DNA from: an uncultured Acidobacteriota bacterium
Lineage (GTDB): Bacteria; Acidobacteriota; UBA6911
Length of the DNA: 64,000 bases
Assembly (NCBI GenBank): GCA_963827655.1
Contig: CAWHCF010000046.1
Span: forward strand, 1 to 64,000
Direction: 5' to 3'
In this document: positions 1-8,785 of the stretch, piece by piece
Layout of the letters: every line of letters starts with the position of its first letter
How positions within the stretch are numbered: the first letter of the stretch is position 1
Notes under the pieces: generated by a model
What the model was told of the DNA's origin: nothing
The model's input: only the letters and a program-made list of their open reading frames with translations
The model's database searches: none
Program-made: the position numbers and the translations under genes

Positions 1-730
1 ACCTGACACCTGTAATTGCGGACGGTTCCACTTCCGACCGAGCTGTCTTAGCGGAGATCCATTTCATCAACAGCTCGTTCGCTGGTAAACGCGTAACGAT
101 CGAACGATCTCGCACCTCTTTCGGACGTTGAACAAAAAGTGATGTTCAGTTGCCCGATGAGCGTAAGAGCGTCGGGCGTATCCATTTTTTCATCGATCGC
201 GAAGGAGATCGTTTTTACTTAACAGACAACGAAAGTACCAATGGGACCTGGCTCAATGGAAGCAAGATCGCCGCGAAGAACCTAATAACAGGGATAATAT
301 CCGTGTTGGACCCTATTTGCTTCAGTTGAGTCTTCAAGTATCCGAACCTGCGCCGACGCCGCCCCACGAACCCGCTCCGACCAGGACTATACCGATAACT
401 CCCTTAGTCCGCATATCTTTGCGATTAGATCCCAGGTTGACGGTGTTCCGAGTGCGCAATATGCGACGAACAGGCTAACGATAGGCCGCGGGCTTGACAG
501 TAATTTGGTTCTCCACGATACCTACGTCGCGCGGTTACACTCTGTCGTAGAGCGAACTCCTACCGGTTACCTCCTGATCGACAATCACACCACAGAGGGG
601 ACGACGCTAAACGACAAGAGGGTGGTGACATACCCATTGAAAGTCGGCGATGTAATTGGTATCGGCGGCTCGAGCTGACTGCCGAGTATATCCGAGGGGG
701 CTTGGCGTTTATCCTGACCCGCAGAGCAGA
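1..730 (+). CDS. Two tandem FHA domains (5'-truncated, disrupted); probable N-terminal part of the cytochrome/oxidoreductase gene
   Basis: Hand translation gives ...TSFGR*TKSDVQLPDERKSVGRIHFFIDREGDRFYLTDNESTNGTWLNG (approx. 60-270) and TIGRGLDSNLVLHDTYVARLHSVVERTPTGYLLIDNHTTEGTTLNDKRV...LKVGDVIGIG (approx. 478-670). Both carry FHA GR..S/H..NGT-type motifs. There is an in-frame TGA at 129-131 plus frameshifts. Confidence 0.75.
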
Positions 731-959
731 GAGAACGAAAACCATCGTGGTTAAAGACAAGACTATTGTAATTAGAACAGCGGGGGTGACGGCGGCGGTG
801 GATACAGGGGCAGGTCTCCGAGAACTCAAGGGATCGCCGTTCCTTTGGAATCGGGCGAAGCTCTTGATTTAAAGCCCTCCGAAAGGAAGGACTCCATAGC
901 CGAGGCGTATTAGAGGATCTACCCCAGGACCGTCTTACACGTCCACCTCGCTAGGTGCC

Positions 960-1700
960 AACGTCGGACCATGAGGAGCCCTGGAAACTGGAGACATCCA
1001 TGTATTCGGCGCTCGGAGCTGTCTCGGTTCTCTCGCAATAGTAGCGGTGGCCAGAACCCGTACCTTCGTGCCGGAATCGCTCTCATCTTCCCATCTCCAA
1101 GGGCAGCCCAGGCCACCGATTACATTCAAGGCCTCCGATGGCACCTGTCGGGATGTCACTCGCAGGTTTATGGAATCGATCTCGGCCGTTGTAGCTCGTG
1201 TCATGACGCGCGAGTATCCGCCAAACACAGCAACGCGCGGCTGAACTGCATGGACTGTCACACGGAGCACAAGGGAGCGGATTTTCGTCCGAGCGAGGTA
1301 GGCGCCTGGCGTGCGCCAAATGCCATGACGGCCAATACACTTTCCGGGATTTCGTGGATGGATCAGCCAAGATTCTCCGTGTGCCTCACGGTGGCCGACC
1401 GATGGGCTACCCAGTACAGAAGGGCCAATGGGAGGCGGTGGCGTTTAAAGACGGAACAACGTTGACACGGGGATCCTTCCACCTAAGGCACACCGCGAAA
1501 TCAGTAGCCTGCCTTGACTGCCACAGTACTGTTCAAGAAGGCAAAGTTGATCGCGAGACCCCGGAGCTCGCGTGCAGCGCATGCCATGGGGGAAGGGACC
1601 TGGTAGATCCGACACGAATCCTCATCCGATGTACGTCATGCCATGCCCAGCACGGAGATTTCAAAGAAGTGGGTGCAGTCGAAAAGAGTTTTCCAAGGAT
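960..1700 (+). CDS. Multiheme c-type cytochrome region (cytochrome c3-like), frameshifted, preceded by a TM segment
   Basis: CxxCH motifs: CSSCH (~1190), CMDCH (~1247), CLDCH (~1510), CSACH (~1573), CTSCH (~1630), plus a C-SGCH broken by a 1-nt indel (~1146). A hydrophobic stretch and 'PESLSSSH' precede them. The region is spread over ORFs 971..1465, 1047..1244 and 1354..1827. Confidence 0.8.
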
Positions 1701-3218
1701 GCATACAAGAAACCATGGGACCAGTGGGCAGGACCGAAAGAAGGACCGGGGCCTATCTTGCCGGCTACCCGTCTACCCCGTCGGTATTCAAAGTTGTCGT
1801 TCGGAATACTCATCCCCACTCTGTTAGCACTAGCTGCTGTTCCAGTGTTACTCATCGGCGCGATCTATGCAACCATGCGCGCAAAACGGCGCGCGTACGA
1901 TCTCAGCCTCACGGCACCCTTGGAGACCCCCGCAGCCCCTCCCAAGGACCTGGACTGGGGCTTGGATCGGAGGGATACGAGAAAGGAATTTGACGATCGG
2001 ACCGTGATTCTTCCCGTGCCTGCGCCAGATCCCCAGATAAAGCATGCATATCCAATCATCGACGTCAATCTCTGCGTGGGTTGCAAAGCCTGTGTCGAGG
2101 TATGCCCCTTTGGAGTTTTAGAACTCATAAACGGCAAAGCAGTTCCGACCCTAATTGGGGCGTGCCAGGAAGACAGCGCGTGCGTCAGGGTTTGTCCGAC
2201 TTACGCCGTCAAGCTCATAGGCACAGGTAAGGTTCTTCAGACCGCTGAAATACCTGATGTAGGTGAGTCTTACGAAACGAATAAAAAAGGACTCTACTGC
2301 ATCGGCGATGTGACAAGTCTGCCGCTGATCAAAAATGCGATCAATATGGGCAAAAAGGTTATCGATCGTGTGGTTGATTCGAAGCCGTCGGGAACTGGGG
2401 AGTATGACGTCGCGATTGTTGGTGTGGGGCCCGCTGGGCTGAGTGCAGCGCTGAGCGCGCAAGCAGCGGGCCTCAATTACATTGCTCTCGAACAGGGTGA
2501 AACGGCCAACACCATCCGAAACTATCCCAGGCAGAAGCTGGTGTTGGGCGAACCGGTAAACGTCCCCGCATTCGGTCGGCTGGAGATCAAGGATTGCTTG
2601 AAGGAAGATTTGTTAGAATTATGGGATCGAATCATTGTCGAGAGCGGTGTAAAAATCCGAACGAGTCAAAAGGTTGAGAACGTTCAGGGTGAAGATGGGA
2701 ATTTTGTGCTCACCACGCCTGACAATCAGTACACGGCTAAGAAAGTAATTCTTGCGATCGGGAAGCGCGGCACGCCTAGGAGACTGGATGTCCCCGGAGA
2801 ACAACTTCCGAAAGTTAGTTACAGCCTGGTCGACGCAGCAGCTTATCAGAATAAACACGTTCTGATCGTGGGTGGGGGCGACTCCGCCCTTGAAGCGTGC
2901 ATTGGCCTGGCCGCCCAGGGCACCAACACTGTCTCGCTCTCTTACCGCAAAGAAAAATTCGCAGGGGCCAAAAGCCGTAATATTGCGAAGATAAAAGAGG
3001 AGTTCAAGAACGGAAGGGTCACGTTTATCCCGAACTCCAAAGTAAAAGAAATCCGCGAGTCGGATGTAATTTTGAAAATCAAGGAAGCCGAACAGGTCTT
3101 GCTCAACGACTATGTGATTATACTGATCGGCGGCGAACTGCCGAAGCCGTTTCTTGAGAAAGCAGGGATCCGTCTCATCCGTCGCAACCTTACTGAGGCG
3201 ACGCCGCCCGCATCTTAA
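1572..3218 (+). CDS. TM helix + 2x[4Fe-4S] ferredoxin domain + FAD/NAD(P)-dependent oxidoreductase (thioredoxin reductase/YpdA-like fold)
   Basis: Fe-S motifs CVGCKACVEVCP and CQEDSACVRVCP; FAD motif VAIVGVGPAGLSAA; NAD(P) motif VLIVGGGDSA; TM segment ILIPTLLALAAVPVLLIGAIY. The true 5' end is probably continuous with the upstream heme region via a frameshift near 1690. Confidence 0.88.
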   Translation: MQRMPWGKGPGRSDTNPHPMYVMPCPARRFQRSGCSRKEFSKDAYKKPWDQWAGPKEGPGPILPATRLPRRYSKLSFGILIPTLLALAAVPVLLIGAIYATMRAKRRAYDLSLTAPLETPAAPPKDLDWGLDRRDTRKEFDDRTVILPVPAPDPQIKHAYPIIDVNLCVGCKACVEVCPFGVLELINGKAVPTLIGACQEDSACVRVCPTYAVKLIGTGKVLQTAEIPDVGESYETNKKGLYCIGDVTSLPLIKNAINMGKKVIDRVVDSKPSGTGEYDVAIVGVGPAGLSAALSAQAAGLNYIALEQGETANTIRNYPRQKLVLGEPVNVPAFGRLEIKDCLKEDLLELWDRIIVESGVKIRTSQKVENVQGEDGNFVLTTPDNQYTAKKVILAIGKRGTPRRLDVPGEQLPKVSYSLVDAAAYQNKHVLIVGGGDSALEACIGLAAQGTNTVSLSYRKEKFAGAKSRNIAKIKEEFKNGRVTFIPNSKVKEIRESDVILKIKEAEQVLLNDYVIILIGGELPKPFLEKAGIRLIRRNLTEATPPAS

Positions 3219-3339
3219 GGTCTTCGAGTTTTATATGGAGACCTGAAGACGCAAGAAGCGTCGGGTCTGTTGCAAGATACCAGGAAACCCGCCTGCGACA
3301 GACTGTATTAGCTTGAGATTATTCTATGGGGGCCTTCTC

Positions 3340-3657
3340 ATGGCAAGTGACTATGATGATGACGAAGACAGCCTAGACATTGAGCAGCCAGAACCCGAAG
3401 TACTCAGGGTTGTAGTGCCCGCCGGTAGTGAGCTTCGTTTGAAATTCGAGGATTACTTCAAACTGTCGCGCGAAGAGAGGAACAGAATCGAGCTGGAGCA
3501 ACCTGAGACTTTTCGCAACGGGCAATACGGCAAGATTATCAGTGGTGGCACAACCGGTACGGAGGTTGAGCTTCCATTCGAAAACTTGGGAACGGCAATT
3601 CTCTTCTTTTGGGATAGTAAAGGCCATTTGTTGCGTAGCGAGCAGATTTTCCCTTGA
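3340..3657 (+). CDS. Hypothetical acidic protein
   Basis: ORF 3313..3657 with likely ATG at 3340 (MASDYDDDEDS...). No family recognised. Confidence 0.6.
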   Translation: MASDYDDDEDSLDIEQPEPEVLRVVVPAGSELRLKFEDYFKLSREERNRIELEQPETFRNGQYGKIISGGTTGTEVELPFENLGTAILFFWDSKGHLLRSEQIFP

Positions 3658-3758
3658 CGAAGCCCGTTACAACTAATGGAAAACAGGCGGGATAATAACC
3701 GAAAGTCACGCGAATCGGACCACCCATCACTGAATGTGTCCTCGAAAACTAGTAGCTG

Positions 3759-3821
3759 ACCGCGAACACGCGAAGATGCGGAGATTCTTAGTGTTCCTTC
3801 GCGTCTTTGCGTCTTAGTGGT
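3759..3821. repeat. 9-mer-periodic repeat, adjacent forward + reverse copies ('empty' pair)
   Basis: ACCGCGAACACGCGAAGATGCGGA is immediately followed by GATTCTTAGTGTTCCTTCGCGTCTTTGCGTCTTAGTGGT. Confidence 0.75.
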
Positions 3822-3877
3822 CGCTTCCGTTTATTATAGCGGTCCGTCAAAGTGGAGTCGGCTCAGGTTCTTGGTCA

Positions 3878-4543
3878 TTGTTCCTAGATCCACCGGATGG
3901 GCAAACCTCGTATTCATCAACATGGGCGCGTAAGTTGAAAAAGTCACCCCACAGCCCGGCTGGGCATTTTGCCCTCGCAGATGATGCAGCCGTGCTTGTC
4001 CAGAGGGTTGCGGGCGGGGATGCGCACGCTCTGACGGCTCTTTACGATGGTACGAACCGGCTGGTCTTCGGTTTGGTGTTGCGAGTTCTCGGCGATCGGG
4101 CGGCCGCCGAAGAAGTGCTCCTGGATGTATATACCCAGGTCTGGCGCCAGGCCGCCTCGTATGACCGGGGACGCGGCTCACCGCTGGCCTGGCTGATGAT
4201 GATAGCTCGCACGCGCGCCATCGATCGGCTTCGATCCGGAAGACAGGCTCAGAAGCGCAGCGAGCCGCTCGAGAAAGCGCTGGATGAAAGATCTCCGGTA
4301 GCTGATCCCGAACAGGCAGCGGTGACTTCTGAGCGCGAGACGATGGTTCGATCGGCGCTTGAATCGCTTTCGACCGAACAGCGAGAAGTGATTGAACTGG
4401 CTTACTACAAGGGGCTGAGTCACAGCGAAATCGCGATGCAGCTCGGCCAACCGCTCGGGACTGTGAAAACTCGGACCCGGCTGGGAATGATCAAGTTGTC
4501 GGAATTGCTGGGTCCGCTGGTTGAGGGGAAGGAAATTCGGTGA
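3878..4543 (+). CDS. ECF RNA polymerase sigma-70 factor (SigK-like)
   Basis: Region 2 (AEEVLLDVYTQVWRQAASYDRGRGSPLAWLMMIARTRAIDRLR) and region 4 (QREVIELAYYKGLSHSEIA...LGTVKTRTRLG). The true start is probably downstream of 3878. Confidence 0.93.
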   Translation: MFLDPPDGQTSYSSTWARKLKKSPHSPAGHFALADDAAVLVQRVAGGDAHALTALYDGTNRLVFGLVLRVLGDRAAAEEVLLDVYTQVWRQAASYDRGRGSPLAWLMMIARTRAIDRLRSGRQAQKRSEPLEKALDERSPVADPEQAAVTSERETMVRSALESLSTEQREVIELAYYKGLSHSEIAMQLGQPLGTVKTRTRLGMIKLSELLGPLVEGKEIR

Positions 4544-4620
4544 CAGGCACCAAATTGCGCGGTTGGAGAGACCAAGGACCGGTGGTTGGCTACGCAATTT
4601 GGTGCCTGTCACCGAATTTC
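4532..4620. repeat. Perfect 28-bp inverted repeat with 33-nt spacer (REP/MITE-like)
   Basis: GAAATTCGGTGACAGGCACCAAATTGCG (4532-4559) and its reverse complement at 4593-4620. Confidence 0.9.
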
Positions 4621-4659
4621 TTCGGCTCGAAGAACCGGTAAAGGTCTAGAGGCGTTAAA

Positions 4660-5496
4660 TTGAAGCACGAAAACGTAACCGAAGAAATCCAGGAAACAGC
4701 CTCGCTGTACGCACTTGGCGCTCTCAGCCAGCATGAGGCGCGAGCCTTTAAATTTCATATGGATGAGGGCTGCGAAGTATGCGCGCGTGAGCTGGTTCGG
4801 TTTGAGAGGGTGCTGGCCGGACTGGGAATGGGCGCCCCTGAGGTCGAGCCGCCGGCCTACATTCGCGATCGGCTGGCAGCTCGCCTGGAACAAGAACGCC
4901 AGGTTTCGCCTGCCCCGCTTCGCGGGCCGGTCGAGCAAAAAAGTGTCTCGCCCCCCGCTCGACCCTACCTCCCATGGCTCATTGCCGCGTCGGTGGCTCT
5001 CGTTGCGCTGGTCTCTTTTGTTGAGTATCGGCGGTACCAGGAAGTGGATCGGCAGCAGCAGATCGTTGCTTCAACTCGCAACGAAGCCGCACAACTCCAG
5101 GCTCAATTAGAGCAACAAAAAGGAAGGCTCCAGGAGCTCGAGCAGATGAGGGACGCGCTAAGCGCCCCGGAGTCTCGCGTCATATTCCTTTCCGGCCAGG
5201 AGCCTGCTCCACCAACCTCGGCTACTATCGTATGGGACACAAAGGCGAACCGCTGGCTGGTGACTGCCAACCTGCCACAGCCGCCTGTCGGCAAGGTCTA
5301 CCAGCTTTGGTTCGTCACCGCCTCAGCCAGGGTATCGGCAGGTTTGATCCAACTCGACTCCACCGGACGCGGTTTTGCGGTCGTGCAGGTCCCGTCTGAA
5401 ATCGGCAAGATCGCTGCCGCCGCCATCACACTCGAACCCGCGGGAGGTTCGCTTCAGCCCACAATGCCCATTTACGCTCTTGGCAAAATCGGGTAA
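4660..5496 (+). CDS. Anti-sigma factor, RskA family
   Basis: N-terminal zf-HC2-like motif (LYALGAL...HMDEGCEVC), one TM, and C-terminal VYQLW...AAAITLEPAGGS..PT. Lies directly downstream of the ECF sigma. Confidence 0.92.
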   Translation: MKHENVTEEIQETASLYALGALSQHEARAFKFHMDEGCEVCARELVRFERVLAGLGMGAPEVEPPAYIRDRLAARLEQERQVSPAPLRGPVEQKSVSPPARPYLPWLIAASVALVALVSFVEYRRYQEVDRQQQIVASTRNEAAQLQAQLEQQKGRLQELEQMRDALSAPESRVIFLSGQEPAPPTSATIVWDTKANRWLVTANLPQPPVGKVYQLWFVTASARVSAGLIQLDSTGRGFAVVQVPSEIGKIAAAAITLEPAGGSLQPTMPIYALGKIG

Positions 5497-5618
5497 CTCT
5501 TCACGTCTAACCTGTTTACCGCGAACCCTCGTAAGAATTATCGCGAACTCGTGCTCGCCCTTGGTATGATGCAAAGGAGGCCACCCACGGAATGGGTATT
5601 AGACAGGAGGGAAAAACA

Positions 5619-6251
5619 ATGAGTTCGGAAGCCAGAAAGCTCAGTTTCGTTTCCTTGGCAGTACTAATCGCCTCGTTCCTGTTCACGCCTGCTTTGCGCG
5701 GCGATAATGACCTTCTTGGTGAAATCCAGTTCGTTGGGACTGGAAAGGTCGAAAAGACAGCCGGTGTCTGGGTCGATGGCCAGTACCTCGGTTATCTGAA
5801 AGAATTGGGGGGATCGAAGAAGGTCCTGCTGATGCCGGGCGAACACGAGGTCATCGTGCGCCACAACGGATACAAAGATTTCTCCCAGAAAATTGTTGTT
5901 GAACCTGGCCGTAAGCAGGTACTCAACATAGCCCTGGAAGCCGATCCTCAGGCGCGCTATCCGGAGGTGACAGCCGAAGTGAAAATGTCGGTGAAGCCAA
6001 GACGCGCCGCTGTGTTTGTCGACGATCGGTTCGTCGGCCATGTCGACGAGTTCGATGGTGCGAATCAGGGATTATTGCTGGCCCCGGGCAAACATCGGGT
6101 CAAGATCTCACTCCCCGGCTACCAGACCTTCGAAACCGATATCACGCTTGTGCCCAATCAGAAATTCGAGTTGAAAACGGAACTCTTCAAGGGGAGCATC
6201 ATGGAGGCCGGGCCCCTGATTAAAGGGAAAGACAATCCTTCTTCCAACTGA
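5619..6251 (+). CDS. Secreted PEGA-domain protein (two PEGA repeats)
   Basis: Signal peptide followed by AGVWVDGQYLG...LMPGEHEV..GY and AAVFVDDRFVG...LAPGKHRV...PGY. Confidence 0.85.
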   Translation: MSSEARKLSFVSLAVLIASFLFTPALRGDNDLLGEIQFVGTGKVEKTAGVWVDGQYLGYLKELGGSKKVLLMPGEHEVIVRHNGYKDFSQKIVVEPGRKQVLNIALEADPQARYPEVTAEVKMSVKPRRAAVFVDDRFVGHVDEFDGANQGLLLAPGKHRVKISLPGYQTFETDITLVPNQKFELKTELFKGSIMEAGPLIKGKDNPSSN

Positions 6252-6290
6252 TGATGCTCTAGCCTTTCTTCGTGTCTTGAAGGCTTAGTC

Positions 6291-6544
6291 GGTTGGTTCA
6301 TAATTACGCCGACGTATTGGGCAGAGCGGTAGGAGTCGGCGTGTTGTTGCCTAGGGACGAAGGCCTGTCAGTGAGTAGCCCCGCCCGTAAGGGCGGGGTT
6401 TTCGAAGGGTCCGTGACACGAGGTCCGAAGGACCGGCACTCCGGCAGTCGCACCTTCGGCGCTCCTTCCTGATATTGCACGTCTGATCCCGGCCTACGCT
6501 GGCCAACTCTCTGGCGGCCCTTCAGGCCTCACTGCCAAAATACG
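6291..6544. repeat. MITE/REP-like element copy 1 (right end truncated)
   Basis: Starts GGTTGGTTCATAATTACGCCGACGTATTGG, contains hairpin GCCCCGCCCGTAAGGGCGGGG and AGGTCCGAAGGACCGGCAC, ends GGCCTCACTGCCAAAATACG. Homologous to 7510-7708. Confidence 0.8.
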
Positions 6545-6592
6545 CGCTAACCGCCAGGACGCGAAAACCCAAGTTCATCGAGGTGTTCCCCG

Positions 6593-7480
6593 ATGGTCCA
6601 TGCCACTGCAGTGTCTCGACGCAAGATGATAGAGCGGACAGCCGCCTGCCTCGGGGCCGGTGAGCTATTGACTCGGACGTCGCTCTCCCAGGCGCGGGGT
6701 CCGGGTGCCGGCGCGGTTCAGAAGGGCCGCCTCAAGCAGTCGGCGGCACGCTGGTGTTACAACAAGATCCCGTTCGAAGAGCTCGCGAAAGCGGGTTCCG
6801 AGATTGGTCTAAAAGGGATCGACCTCGTTAATAATCCCGAAGATTGGCCGGTGCTCAAGAAGTATGGCCTGGTTTGCACCATGACCGCCGGGGGCGGAAC
6901 CATTGCGGACGGGCTCAATCGGAAGGAGAATCACGACAAGCTCGAGCGGGAGTTTCGCGAGAACATCCCGAGAGCGGCGGCTGCAGGATGGTCGAATGTG
7001 ATTACGTTCTCCGGAAACCGGCGGGGTCTGTCCGACCAGGAGGGATTGGATAACACCGTCGTCGGCCTGAATCGAGTCAAGGCGCTGGCCGAGGAACACA
7101 ACGTGACGGTCTGTCTGGAACTGCTCAACAGCAAAGTGGATCACAAAGACTACCAGTGCGACCATGCGGGGTGGGGGCTGGAGGTCATCAAGCGCGTCAA
7201 TTCACCACGGGTAAAGCTGCTCTACGACATTTATCACGCTCAGATTATGGATGGCGATATCATCCGAACGATTCGTGAGAACATCGGATCGATTGCCCAT
7301 TTTCACACGGGCGGCGTACCCGGTCGCCATGAGCTTGATGACACTCAAGAGCTAAACTGGCGGACCATTGCGCGCGCCATCGCGGATACGGGATTTAGCG
7401 GCTATATCGCTCACGAATTCGTGCCGGTGCGCGATCCGCTGACTTCGTTAAGAGAGGCCGTGGCAATCTTCGACGTGTAA
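6593..7480 (+). CDS. Hydroxypyruvate isomerase family / xylose-isomerase-like TIM barrel protein, Tat-like leader
   Basis: Motifs LELLNSKVDHKDY, LLYDIYHAQIMDGD, HFHTGGVPGRHE; N-terminal SRRKMI. Confidence 0.9.
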   Translation: MVHATAVSRRKMIERTAACLGAGELLTRTSLSQARGPGAGAVQKGRLKQSAARWCYNKIPFEELAKAGSEIGLKGIDLVNNPEDWPVLKKYGLVCTMTAGGGTIADGLNRKENHDKLEREFRENIPRAAAAGWSNVITFSGNRRGLSDQEGLDNTVVGLNRVKALAEEHNVTVCLELLNSKVDHKDYQCDHAGWGLEVIKRVNSPRVKLLYDIYHAQIMDGDIIRTIRENIGSIAHFHTGGVPGRHELDDTQELNWRTIARAIADTGFSGYIAHEFVPVRDPLTSLREAVAIFDV

Positions 7481-7509
7481 GTAAAACCCAACCGCAAGGA
7501 CACCAAGTT

Positions 7510-7708
7510 GGTTGGTTCATAATTACGCTGACGTATTGGTCAGGGCGATAAGAGTCGGCTGTGTTGTCGCCCAGGGCCGAAGTCCCGTCATTGAGTAGCG
7601 CCGCCCCTCAGAGGGCGGGGTTTTCAAGGGGCCCCTGACACGAGGTCCGAGGACCGGCACTCCGGCTGTGTCGCACCTTCAGGGCCTCACTGCCAAAATA
7701 CGTCACCG
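7510..7708. repeat. MITE/REP-like element copy 2; its right terminal repeat is split by the recombinase element and resumes at 10992-11009
   Basis: Left end GTTCATAATTACGCTGACGTATT. The reconstructed right end AATACGTCACCG|TAATTGCGAAC is its imperfect reverse complement (20/23). Confidence 0.8.
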
Positions 7709-7899
7709 TTAACCGGCCAATGTTTATTTATCACTAATGAGTTCTGACACTGGCGTTGTGTTTATTCTTTCTGCATTTTCTTTAAGTGAAAAAAGGAATA
7801 GAGAACTCATTGAGTTTTCTTCCTGTTTTTTCTTCCACTCAAATTCTTCGGATTCTTCCGTGAGAGGCTTCAGAGCTGTGAAGTCTTTCCGGAGAATCG

Positions 7900-8349
7900 T
7901 TGATGAAGAACAGAGATATTCGCTATTGCTGCGTTTGTAGCAAGCGGTTTGAACCCCATCCCGGCCTGGGCGGCAAGCAGCGCACGTGCGGTGGCGCCGA
8001 CTGTCAGAAACAACGACGGCGGCTCAATGCGCAAATCTGGAGAGCCAAGCATCCGGAAAGCGATGATGCGGTTTATCGCCGGATTCGCCGCCGCGATCGC
8101 CGAGCTTATCGTCGCCAATATTGGGCCACACATCCCGAAGCGCGACAGCACCATGCCAGCTACATGAGACAGTGGCGTACCAGTCACCGACTGACTTCCA
8201 TGAGCGTGAGGGACCCGTATCGCGATACGCAACTTAAGCTGCCTGCTATCAATACTTACCTGCAAGTGATGGATGTGAGGGAGGCAAATCGCATTATTAC
8301 GGCTAAGCTACTATCCCCACAAGAGTTAAACGCTGCCACTGCCGCGTGA
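7900..8349 (+). CDS. Small Cys-rich, Arg-rich protein (putative zinc-binding) of the element
   Basis: CCVCSKRFEPHP...QRTCGGADCQKQRRR motif followed by a basic helix. Confidence 0.7.
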   Translation: MMKNRDIRYCCVCSKRFEPHPGLGGKQRTCGGADCQKQRRRLNAQIWRAKHPESDDAVYRRIRRRDRRAYRRQYWATHPEARQHHASYMRQWRTSHRLTSMSVRDPYRDTQLKLPAINTYLQVMDVREANRIITAKLLSPQELNAATAA

Positions 8350-8364
8350 GGGACACGAATCGCG
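8206..8364 (+). repeat. Three iteron-like direct repeats at ~70-bp spacing
   Basis: GTGAGGGACCCGTATCGCG (8206), GTGAGGGAGGCAAATCGCA (8275), GTGAGGGACACGAATCGCG (8346). Confidence 0.7.
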
Positions 8365-8401
8365 ATGGATTCCCGGTCCCCCCGCCTTTACCTTCTTCGC
8401 C

Positions 8402-8785
8402 ATGCGAACCGACATCCCTATCCTCCGCCCAGATCGCATCCGCCGGCGCCACGGCAGTTTCGGATGGATCGAACATCGCTTCATCCGAGAGGGCTTCCTG
8501 GAAGGTCTGCATCATCCGGAAGCTCTGCTCTATGTCTTCCTGGCTATCGTGGCCGACCAACGAGGTATATCGTTCTACTCTCAAGACCGAATCCGCTATC
8601 TCTTACGTATCCCTCACGCGCATACCCTGCAGGGAGCCATCAACGAACTCGTCGATCGTGATTTGTTGGCGTACAGTTCCGGCATCTACCAAATCCTAGA
8701 TCTACCGGCTTCAGCCGGTCTCTACGATCGATCACACGATCTCAAAAAACCAGGTCAACATCGAAACCTGTCCCTCTCTCCGTGA
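8402..8785 (+). CDS. Winged helix-turn-helix protein resembling phage replication-organiser N-terminal domains
   Basis: EALLYVFLAIVADQRGISFYSQDRIRYLLRIPHAHTLQGAINELVDRDLLAY. The stop overlaps the YR1 start. Confidence 0.7.
   Translation: MRTDIPILRPDRIRRRHGSFGWIEHRFIREGFLEGLHHPEALLYVFLAIVADQRGISFYSQDRIRYLLRIPHAHTLQGAINELVDRDLLAYSSGIYQILDLPASAGLYDRSHDLKKPGQHRNLSLSP

Noticed and set aside
129-131. In-frame TGA in the first FHA domain as selenocysteine or recoding
   Set aside because: It is not a Cys or catalytic position, no SECIS-like hairpin is evident, TGA serves as a normal stop elsewhere, and the region is error-rich.
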